Source: an uncultured Prevotella sp.
GTDB lineage: Bacteria; Bacteroidota; Bacteroidia; Bacteroidales; Bacteroidaceae
Direction of reading: 5' to 3'
DNA length: 64,000 nucleotides
Assembly (NCBI GenBank): GCA_964554115.1
Contig: CAZKMT010000002.1
Coordinates: forward strand, 26,629-90,628
Below are positions 19,731 to 28,600 of the stretch, piece after piece. The position numbers were made by a program, and so were the translations under genes. The number at the start of each line of letters is the position of its first letter. Position 1 is the first letter of the stretch. Below the pieces are notes generated by a model. The model had not been told where the DNA came from, ran no database searches, and was given only the letters and a program-made list of their open reading frames with translations.

Positions 19731-20240
19731 ATGGCACTGATAAAAACAATAAACGGGATGGCCCCGAAATGGGGCAGGGACTGCTACTTCAGCGAAAACG
19801 CGACAATAGTAGGCGAAGTGACGATGGGCGACGAATGCTCCGTATGGTTCAACGCCGTGGTGCGCGGCGATGTGGCGCCGATAACCATCGGCGACCGCAC
19901 CAACGTGCAGGACGGCGCATGCATACACGTGACCAACACCACAGGCCCCACCGTCATTGGCAACGACGTGACCATCGGGCATAACGCCACCGTACACGCC
20001 TGCACCATACGCGACGGCGCGCTGATTGGCATGGGTTCCACCCTGCTCGACAATTGCGAGGTGGGCGAGGGAGCTGTGGTGGCCGCCGGTGCCCTGGTAC
20101 TGCAAAACACAAAGATAGGCGCGCACGAACTGTGGGGAGGCGTACCCGCGAAATTCATCAAGATGGCACGCGACGGACAGGCGGAGAGCTTCGCGCAACA
20201 CTACGTGGAATACTCCAAGTGGTATATTGAGCAGTCGTGA
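19731..20240 (+). CDS. Gamma-class carbonic anhydrase family (hexapeptide repeat) protein
   Basis: SVWFNAVVRGD, NVQDGACIH, TIGHNATVHAC, GVPAKFIK; -7 element TAATTTTG at 19655-19662. Confidence 0.92.
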   Translation: MALIKTINGMAPKWGRDCYFSENATIVGEVTMGDECSVWFNAVVRGDVAPITIGDRTNVQDGACIHVTNTTGPTVIGNDVTIGHNATVHACTIRDGALIGMGSTLLDNCEVGEGAVVAAGALVLQNTKIGAHELWGGVPAKFIKMARDGQAESFAQHYVEYSKWYIEQS

Positions 20241-20593
20241 ATGTCCGTGGCGGAACGCCGACACGCGCCACCACAAACGATTGTTCCCACCGAGGGAATG
20301 GCACAAAAGGCCATATCCGCCCCCAGTGGGAACAATGTCTTATCATAGACAGAACATGATGGCGGAGCCTGCGCCCCGCCCCTTTGTTGTCTCCTTTCCG
20401 ATTTTCCGCAGGACTGCTCCCGCCCCATGCTTTCATCGGCGCGCTGTGCAGCTCCGCATTGCCCTTGCCGCCATCGCGACATGCCGGGAACAGCCATACG
20501 GCTGACTTGAAACCGACCGCCGGTTTTCCCTATGAACAAGGCCTGGGACAGCCGAATACGACGATGCCACACGTCCGCAGGCAGTCAAGCCGG

Positions 20594-20923
20594 TCAGGCC
20601 TCGCCCTTGCCAACGTTGAAAGGAGCGATGGTACGCGGCCCAGCTGCACCCTGCGCCGGAACCTTTATTTGGCCGAACTCGCGCTCATAGCGCACGATGT
20701 TTTCTTGCAATGCCATGAGCAGTCGCTTGGCATGTTCGGGAGCCAGTATCACACGGCTCTTCACCTGCGCCTTCGGCACGCCCGGCAGTATGCGCGCAAA
20801 GTCGAGCACAAAGTCGCTGCTCGAGTGTGTTATTATCGCGAAGTTGGCATACTCCCCTTGTGCGGTTCCCTGCGGCAGTTCTATCTGCAACTGCCCTTGT
20901 TGTTTGTTTTCGTTCTCGTTCAT
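20594..20923 (-). CDS. DUF3467 family protein
   Basis: GEYANFAIITHSSSDFVLDF, KSRVILAPEHAKRLL. Confidence 0.88.
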   Translation of the reverse strand: MNENENKQQGQLQIELPQGTAQGEYANFAIITHSSSDFVLDFARILPGVPKAQVKSRVILAPEHAKRLLMALQENIVRYEREFGQIKVPAQGAAGPRTIAPFNVGKGEA

Positions 20924-21493
20924 TTTGCTTGTCGTTGATTAAGTTTGTTTTCAGACAGATGCAAAGGTAGTGTTTTTCGCCCACAACGGCAAATTCTAAG
21001 AAACTGTTTTGAATTTTTTGTTCAATGGTTTGAGATGTATTTTCGAGGTATCTTAGATTATTATTTGAGTAAGTTTAGTGGGCTAAACATTGAAAATAAT
21101 AATTAGAAATGGCCGAAAAGACGCTCAAAGCATGAACAAAGAGCCGGGAAGCTCCATTGTAATACAATTCATGCAGAAATTCAAAGACAGTTTCTTAATC
21201 CATTTATCACGCATACCCGCTGCCGGCTTGCCACAAGCCGGCAGTGCCTGCGCCGTAAGGATGAAAGAGACCGACAGGGAATGGCGATGGATAAGTCCGT
21301 GACAGCCACGACACAACCCGCGGACTGCATTCTCAAAACACACTGCCGCCAACGTAACGCAGACACCTTTCCTAACGCGCCGCGACTGGCTGTTGTGCAC
21401 GACAGCCGTCTTTATTGGTTAAATATAGTTAAGTCATCACACTATGTCTATTTATTTTTTACATACAAATCACTATATTCTGCCTTTTATAAC

Positions 21494-21501
21494 TACCTTT
21501 G
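21494..21501 (+). promoter_or_regulatory. -7 promoter element in an AT-rich tract, probable promoter of the surface-protein operon
   Basis: TACCTTTG within very AT-rich 21418-21545, ~320 nt before ATG 21820. Confidence 0.55.
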
Positions 21502-21819
21502 TACGCATGGCATGACAATATTTATTATATATATAAAATATTGGCTAACCGGAATAAGGATGATGCGGCACGGCTGTTTGCACATGAAGCCCTGGCATAA
21601 GCAAGTGACGGATGCAACGGCCAACCCTGACAGGAAGATGTGAGTTGTCACAGACGAAACGCACAAAGTGCTCTTTTTACGACTGACGGAAGCCTAAATG
21701 GTCACCCGCACAGGCGGAGTGACACAGCTTTTTGCCGTGCGTTGGCACGTCGCATCGCCGTGCGCGCAGACGACCGGCCGCCCATGAGGGAAACATACAA
21801 TCATATAAAATTACATACA

Positions 21820-24800
21820 ATGAAGAAAACATTTATCTTTACGTTGATGGCATCGGCCATGGTGGGTGCCGTCATTGCAGGAAACAACCGACCGGCCGAC
21901 ACGGCCACAGCGTTTCCAAGTGGCAACGGCGCGGAAAGCGCACAGACAACGCCGCTCGCCCTTGCTGACGGCACCGCCGACTCGCTGAGCGCGGTGCTCA
22001 CCGACGGGTCGCTGCCGCTCACCTTCCACAACGACGACACATATCCCTGGACAGTGGAAGACGGGTACATACAAAACGGGAACTACAACGTGAGAAACTC
22101 CGCCTCGGAGTTTTCCGCCACGTTCACCATCGAAAAGGCATCGAAATTCTCGTTTGACATGTACGTACACCGCAGCGACAATTCCACGAGCAGCAATACC
22201 TACCACTACCTGTACTTCTACATCAACGGCAAACAATACCTGTCGCAAAACAATCAGACGGACTGGGGTCGCACGTGTGTACTTCTGGAACCGGGCACAT
22301 ACACCCTCAACTGGGTGGACACCATCTCCAACTCATCAAACACCTACTACAGCCAAATTCGCAACATGGAGCTGTCGTCAGACTGGTTGGACGTGGAGCT
22401 GGCTTCACCCGGCACGCTCGGAGTGGAGGTGCTCTACAAGGTGGACGTGCTCACCGACGTGGAACTGCTCAAGGTCAAGGGCACACTTAACTCCACCGAC
22501 TGGACGAACCTAAAGCAGATGAGCAACCTCGTGGGCCTGGACCTCTCGGAAGCCTCGTTCGACGAAGTGCCCGAGTACGCATTCGACGGTCTGAACTACC
22601 TGTCGGGCGTGAAGCTGCCCGAGGGCATGACGTCCATCGGGCAGTATGCTTTCCGCAATACGCAGATATTAAACATCGAGATTCCTGCCTCCGTAACCTC
22701 CATCGGGCAATACGCCTTTGCAGGCACGCGCCTTGCCGGAATAACCTTTGCCGAAGGCTCCCGGCTCACCACCATAGGTTACAGTGCATTCAGAGAATGC
22801 TCCTCGCTTGAAGAATTTATAATGCCGAACACGGTGACAACATTGCAAACTTCTTCAAGCAGCTCATATACTTTCTATAACTGCACTTCGCTAAAGAAGC
22901 TGCATTTCTCCGATGCCTTGAAGACAATAAACCAAAACACTTGCTACGCATGCACCGCCCTTGAAGACTTGCACCTGCCCGACAGTCTCGAAACCATAAA
23001 TGCTTATGCTTTCTACAATACAACGTCGCTCCGCAAGGTGGACTTCCCGGAGACATTGCGGACAATAGAGTACAATGCGTTCGAATATTGCGGGGTTGAT
23101 TCCGTCAAACTGCCTGTAAAATTATCGTCTTTGGGTAATAATGCTTTTTATCGTTGCACTAACCTCAAATACGTGGAACTGCCGTCATACATAGAAAGCT
23201 ATAATTACAATTTCAGTAACTGCACAGCCATAGACAAGGTAGTGTGCCGCTCGGCAACGCCTCCGTCGGTCTCTAACGACCCGTTCAATGGCCTGTCAAA
23301 GAGCAACGCCACGCTCGTGGTGCCATCGTTCGCCGTTGTCAACTACAAGCTCGACACATACTGGTATCAGTTCGGCTCCATTGAGGAGGGCGACGACATC
23401 GACTACTGGAAGATAGCCGCCGCGCTGTCGCTCACCAACAACCGCCGCATGGAAGGCAAGCCCGACGTGGATCTCTACTTCGGAGGGCAGTTCACCGTGG
23501 GTGGCAACGCGCCGATGGAGACGGCACAGTTCAACATCTACATAAACGAATCCAACCCCGGACGACTGCTCAACGACTGCCCCGACTTCACGGCCGACAG
23601 CATCAACACCTACTATTCGGTCAGCGCCAACCAATGGTACTTCCTTACTCCCCTCCACGACGTAGACCTCTCGAAAGTGTCGCACAGCGCAGACGCCTCG
23701 TATGTGTTCCGTTACTATGACGGCGACAGCCGCGCCACCAACGGCACGGGCAACAGCTGGAAGAACGTGGAAGACGGATGGCTGCGCGCCGGGCAGGGGT
23801 ACATATTCCAGTGCAACGCCGCCGGCACCTTGACCCTGCCCGCCGAAGCCGAAGCCCATGCGCAAGTAGTGAACACTGAAGACGTGACCACGGCCCTCGC
23901 CACCCACGAGGCCACCTCATCGGCCAACAGGAGCTGGAACTACGTTGGCAATCCCTACCCCGCCTACTATGACGTATATTACATGGACTTCACCGCCCCC
24001 ATCACGGTGTGGACGGGCAGCACTTACAAGGCGTACTCCATCGTTGACGATAACTTCGTGCTGCGCCCCATGCAGCCGTTCTTCGTTCAGAAGCCGGATG
24101 CAGTCGACAACATAGTGTTCCACAAAGAGGGCAGACAGCTCACCTCTGAGGTGCAACGGGCATCGTATACCAAGAAGCTCGCAGCCGCAAGCTCCGACCG
24201 ACACATATTTAATATAACGATAAGCGGCGACGATGGACTGACCGACGAGACCCGTGTGGTGGTGAACGCCGATGCCGACAATGGCTATGAGATAGAACGC
24301 GATGCCGCCAAGTTCATGAGCATGGAGGAGGGCGTACCGCAAATATTCACCACCGACGCACAAGGCAACAGCTACGCCATCAACGAGAGACCGCTGGCCG
24401 ACGGCCGCGTGGCAGTGGGCTACAGCGCGGGCAACGCCGGCTTCTACACCATCAGCGCAACGCGCGCCGACGGCACGGTGACACTCACAGACGGTCTGCT
24501 CGGCAAGAGCGTCGACCTAACGTCGCAAGACTACACGTTCTACACCAACGCCACCGCCGGCACCAACCTGTCGCGTTTCTCCATCGTGATTGGAGTGAAC
24601 AGTTCGGAGACCACCGGCATAGACTCCGCCACAGACAACAACGCCGTGAGCGTGACCGGCGCGGCAGGGCGCATCGACATATCGGCTCACCACGGAGCTT
24701 CCGTAGCCATCTATGCGGCTGACGGCCGATGTGCCTACAGGGGCAGCATCGACGGCACGTCGTCAAGCATTGCCCTGCCCAAAGGCCTGTACATCGTGAA

Positions 24801-24837
24801 CGTCGATGGACACGTGGGTAAGACATTCGTTTATTAA
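21820..24837 (+). CDS. BspA-like (TpLRR) leucine-rich-repeat surface protein with T9SS CTD
   Basis: Signal peptide; repeats like LPEGMTSIGQYAF, IPASVTSIGQYAF, FPETLRTIEYNAF; SWNYVGNPY module; CTD ...LPKGLYIVNVDG. Confidence 0.88.
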   Translation: MKKTFIFTLMASAMVGAVIAGNNRPADTATAFPSGNGAESAQTTPLALADGTADSLSAVLTDGSLPLTFHNDDTYPWTVEDGYIQNGNYNVRNSASEFSATFTIEKASKFSFDMYVHRSDNSTSSNTYHYLYFYINGKQYLSQNNQTDWGRTCVLLEPGTYTLNWVDTISNSSNTYYSQIRNMELSSDWLDVELASPGTLGVEVLYKVDVLTDVELLKVKGTLNSTDWTNLKQMSNLVGLDLSEASFDEVPEYAFDGLNYLSGVKLPEGMTSIGQYAFRNTQILNIEIPASVTSIGQYAFAGTRLAGITFAEGSRLTTIGYSAFRECSSLEEFIMPNTVTTLQTSSSSSYTFYNCTSLKKLHFSDALKTINQNTCYACTALEDLHLPDSLETINAYAFYNTTSLRKVDFPETLRTIEYNAFEYCGVDSVKLPVKLSSLGNNAFYRCTNLKYVELPSYIESYNYNFSNCTAIDKVVCRSATPPSVSNDPFNGLSKSNATLVVPSFAVVNYKLDTYWYQFGSIEEGDDIDYWKIAAALSLTNNRRMEGKPDVDLYFGGQFTVGGNAPMETAQFNIYINESNPGRLLNDCPDFTADSINTYYSVSANQWYFLTPLHDVDLSKVSHSADASYVFRYYDGDSRATNGTGNSWKNVEDGWLRAGQGYIFQCNAAGTLTLPAEAEAHAQVVNTEDVTTALATHEATSSANRSWNYVGNPYPAYYDVYYMDFTAPITVWTGSTYKAYSIVDDNFVLRPMQPFFVQKPDAVDNIVFHKEGRQLTSEVQRASYTKKLAAASSDRHIFNITISGDDGLTDETRVVVNADADNGYEIERDAAKFMSMEEGVPQIFTTDAQGNSYAINERPLADGRVAVGYSAGNAGFYTISATRADGTVTLTDGLLGKSVDLTSQDYTFYTNATAGTNLSRFSIVIGVNSSETTGIDSATDNNAVSVTGAAGRIDISAHHGASVAIYAADGRCAYRGSIDGTSSSIALPKGLYIVNVDGHVGKTFVY

Positions 24838-24855
24838 TCCATAAAATCTTTCGCC

Positions 24856-27800
24856 ATGAGAGGTTTCAGATACTTACTCCTCATGCTGGCACTGGCCGTC
24901 AGTGCCGGCATGAGGGGGCAATACAACCCGACGAACCCTGCCGAGCCGGGCGTGTACTACACGCTTACGCTGCAGGCAACGCCGGCCAACGGTGGCAGCT
25001 TCAACATAGGCACCACCACTACCTACTCCGAAGGCACGAGCGTGTCGCTGCGCGCATACACAAACTCCAACTTCAAGTTTGTGGCTTGGGAGCAGGACGG
25101 AGAGGTGGTGTCGACGTCAAGCTCGTTCACATACATCATGCCGGCCCGCAATGTGACGCTCGTGGCGTGCTACGTCTACGACCCATCAAGTCCGGCAGAG
25201 CCGCCCGAACCCGACATTCCAGTGTATTCGCGGCTCACTCTCTCGGCCTCGCCCGCCGCCGGCGGCTACTTCAACATTTCGAGCGGCAACAGCTACGAGG
25301 TAGGCTCGCAAGTGAGCCTGCGGGCATACAACAACTCCAACTTCATGTTCGTAAGCTGGACGGAGGACGGGGAAGTGGTGTCAACGTCAAGCTCTTTTAC
25401 GTATGAGGTAACCGAAGGCGACCACCACCTTGTGGCCAACTTCAGCTACTCGCCGTCAAGTCCGGGCGAGCCATCGGAACCGCAGGTGCTCCACACCCTG
25501 CAACTGCAAAGCTCACCCGCCGACGGCGGTTACTTCAACACGTCGAGCGGCAACTCTTATGCGTCGGGGACATCGGTGTATTTGCGGGCTTATTCCAACC
25601 AGTGGTACACGTTTGATAATTGGACATGCAACGGCGAGGTGGTGTCAACAGCCGCCAGCTTCTATTTCACCATGCCCGATGCCAACGTCACGCTCGTGGC
25701 CAACTTCACATACAACTACGACCCGAGCAATCCGAGTGAGCCGAGCGAACCGTCGAACGGCAATGTGAACATTTACGGAATGACGGAAAACGGCGCAAGG
25801 GGGCAGGCCATAGCCTATCCCATCTACCTTGAGAATCCGGTAGACATCACCGGCATGGCGGTAGACATACAGTTTCCGGATGGCTTCGCCGTGGACGCAG
25901 ACAACGTGCAGCTGGCCGGACGCGCCACCGGACACGAGATGACCGTCAGCGGCCTCGACTCCAACACATACCGCTTCGTGCTTCTCGGCACGACTAATTT
26001 CGACGGCAACAACGGGAAAGTGTTTGACGTGATGGTGACCATCCCAGACACGGCCACCACGAACCACAACTACCCCGTGACGCTTTCGCACGGCGTGGCA
26101 CACACCGTAGACGGCAACCAAGAAGCCGTGTCGGCGCGCAGCGGATATATATATGTGGAACAGCCGTCGGAAGACGGACTCTATGCGCGCTTCTCTTACG
26201 ACAAACTGTTGGGGAGGGTGCAGTTTACCAACCTGTCATCGGAAAAGGCACTGCGCTATGAGTGGGATTTCGGCGATGGCACCACGAGCACCGAAGACAG
26301 TCCGCTGCACACCTACGGCACGCCGGGCTATTATGACGTGACGCTGACGGCCTACGGAGAGTATGGCGAAGACGCGGCCACAACGACAGTGCTCATCAAC
26401 GACAGCGCGTATTGGACTGTCGGCGGAACATTCATACTTGCCAACGAGATGAGGGGCGTGCGCTACTTCGACACAGTCGATTCGCTGCTGGCCTTTGTGT
26501 CGGCAGCCACATTGGCCGACAACATCACGCTCATGGTGGAGGCGGAATCATCTTTCCCGCTCGCCATGACCGACACAAACAAGCACAGGCTGGCCGCCTT
26601 GGCTGAGGAAATGGCAACGCAATCGCTGTCGCTGAACATCTCGAAGACAGGCGAAGGTGCCAACCCGACGATAGCTTTCGGCGACAGCGGCGACGAACTG
26701 ACAGCGGAACATATCGAACTGTACAACAAACTGGGTGCATCGGCCACGTGCTACGGTGTCACGACCAAGCTGTGCGGCATCGAATACAACCCTGCCATGA
26801 TAAATGCCATTGCCGACCAGACCGTAAACTCGGGTGTGCCCACGGCGGAAATTGATTTCTCGCCCATCAGCAATGATCTCACTTTCGCATGGACACTGAC
26901 CACCACGCCCGATGAGGAAGCCGTGACGGGCTACAAAATGTCGGGCGAGGGAAACATACCGTCAATGACAATAGACAACATCGGCGAAGAGGATGCCGTG
27001 TTCACTTACATGATATCGGCATCCCATGACAGCCTGACATTCTGCGAGTTCAGCCGTTCAATAACGGTGAGGCCGGGCAGCGCGATACTGGAGCAGGCCG
27101 AGTGGGATCTGCTGAACACCCTGCGCGAGGTGCTCGTTGACGGCGGGTGGCAAGAGCCGTGGGACATGACATGCGGACCGGAAGGCGCATCCACACTGCG
27201 TGGCGTGACCGTGGAGCGTGGCCACGTGACGGGCATCGACCTCTCAAGTGAGAGCATCGGCGGAGGCTTCCCCACCGTGGCCCTGCAACTTCCACGCCTC
27301 GTCACACTGTCGATGGCCGACAACGACATGACCGGCGACGTGGCGAAAGACATATTGCAAGACATGACCATATACACCGCCGCCAACCCCGGATTCAAGT
27401 CAACGCTGCGCAGCATCGACATATCGGGCAACGACTTTACAGGCAACATAGGGTTGCTGTCCGCATTGTCGTCTGTATTCGCCGACCTTGAGGAACTGGT
27501 GGTGAGCGGCAACGCCGTATGCGAAGTGTCGCCGGCACTGCCGCCATCAATCACAAGGCTCGACCTGACGGGACAACGCACCGACAGCATGATAAGCGTA
27601 GACTTGGTGAACTTCGACTTCGAGGCCGTGGCGGCGCAGTTGCCGTCCATAATGCTTTATGACCACGGCGCACAGGCGTACATGGACACGCCAATGCTGA
27701 GACTCACCAACCGCCAGCCCGGAGAGACGGGAGCACAAGACGGCTATTGGGGCATGGACATCGATGCCACGACGGGAGAGCCCGTGCTTGCCGCCATAAG

Positions 27801-28587
27801 CACAAACGCCTACGAGGGACAAAGCGGCGACACGGTGTTCGTGTCGTATCCTTGCGCAGCAACTGAAGTGGCCGACTGCCATTGCCTTGCCACCATCAAC
27901 TTTGAGCCAGGCGATGCCAACTTCATCGGGGGCGTGACAGCCGCCGACCTTCAGGCAACCATACTCTACGCTTTCGGCGATTACACAGGCAGGCCATTCA
28001 ATCTGACAGCCGCCGACACGTACACCGATGGGACAATAAACGTGCAAGACGTGGTATGCACGGTTGACATACTCCTCTCCGCAACCTCGGGCGACAGCGA
28101 AACCATGCGAAATGTCCAAAAAACGAAAGTCGGTGCAACGACCTCTTCGGCCACCGAAGCCGATGCCTGCATCTACATAGACAACGGAAACGTGATTCTC
28201 AAATCGCCCGTCCCGGTGGCTGCAATCAGCGTCACTGCCTCCGGCAACATTTCATGGACGCTGGACAACTACGGCATGGCGCAGGCTTCGGCAGGCGCGA
28301 ACCTCGTGGGCTACTCACTGACGGGGCATACCATCCCGGCGGGAACTGCCGTGATAGGCTCATGCCGTGGCGAAGCCGCGATACGCAGCACCACGCTGGC
28401 CGATGTGCAAGCCATGCCAATAAGCGTCTCGGTTGGCGAATCCACGCCGACATCCATTGACGGCGTGCAGACAGAATACGGCGGATTGCGCATATTCAAC
28501 ATGAACGGAGTGGAAGTGAACGGTCTGCAAAAGGGTGTGAACATCATACGGAAAGACGGACGTTCCATAAAGGTGATAAACAAATAA
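24856..28587 (+). CDS. Multidomain T9SS surface protein: 3 InlB-B-like repeats, cohesin-like, PKD, LRR, dockerin-like, CTD
   Basis: Repeats flanked by YxPxxPxEP; PKD WDFGDG; LRR IDISGNDFTG; dockerin GDAN...ADTYTDGTINVQDV; CTD IFNMNG...KGVNIIR. Confidence 0.82.
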   Translation: MRGFRYLLLMLALAVSAGMRGQYNPTNPAEPGVYYTLTLQATPANGGSFNIGTTTTYSEGTSVSLRAYTNSNFKFVAWEQDGEVVSTSSSFTYIMPARNVTLVACYVYDPSSPAEPPEPDIPVYSRLTLSASPAAGGYFNISSGNSYEVGSQVSLRAYNNSNFMFVSWTEDGEVVSTSSSFTYEVTEGDHHLVANFSYSPSSPGEPSEPQVLHTLQLQSSPADGGYFNTSSGNSYASGTSVYLRAYSNQWYTFDNWTCNGEVVSTAASFYFTMPDANVTLVANFTYNYDPSNPSEPSEPSNGNVNIYGMTENGARGQAIAYPIYLENPVDITGMAVDIQFPDGFAVDADNVQLAGRATGHEMTVSGLDSNTYRFVLLGTTNFDGNNGKVFDVMVTIPDTATTNHNYPVTLSHGVAHTVDGNQEAVSARSGYIYVEQPSEDGLYARFSYDKLLGRVQFTNLSSEKALRYEWDFGDGTTSTEDSPLHTYGTPGYYDVTLTAYGEYGEDAATTTVLINDSAYWTVGGTFILANEMRGVRYFDTVDSLLAFVSAATLADNITLMVEAESSFPLAMTDTNKHRLAALAEEMATQSLSLNISKTGEGANPTIAFGDSGDELTAEHIELYNKLGASATCYGVTTKLCGIEYNPAMINAIADQTVNSGVPTAEIDFSPISNDLTFAWTLTTTPDEEAVTGYKMSGEGNIPSMTIDNIGEEDAVFTYMISASHDSLTFCEFSRSITVRPGSAILEQAEWDLLNTLREVLVDGGWQEPWDMTCGPEGASTLRGVTVERGHVTGIDLSSESIGGGFPTVALQLPRLVTLSMADNDMTGDVAKDILQDMTIYTAANPGFKSTLRSIDISGNDFTGNIGLLSALSSVFADLEELVVSGNAVCEVSPALPPSITRLDLTGQRTDSMISVDLVNFDFEAVAAQLPSIMLYDHGAQAYMDTPMLRLTNRQPGETGAQDGYWGMDIDATTGEPVLAAISTNAYEGQSGDTVFVSYPCAATEVADCHCLATINFEPGDANFIGGVTAADLQATILYAFGDYTGRPFNLTAADTYTDGTINVQDVVCTVDILLSATSGDSETMRNVQKTKVGATTSSATEADACIYIDNGNVILKSPVPVAAISVTASGNISWTLDNYGMAQASAGANLVGYSLTGHTIPAGTAVIGSCRGEAAIRSTTLADVQAMPISVSVGESTPTSIDGVQTEYGGLRIFNMNGVEVNGLQKGVNIIRKDGRSIKVINK

Positions 28588-28600
28588 ACCACAAAGCATT

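Noticed and set aside
20280-20336. 11-bp inverted repeat as a MITE end
   Set aside because: Single copy between convergent genes; more simply a terminator or stabilising hairpin.
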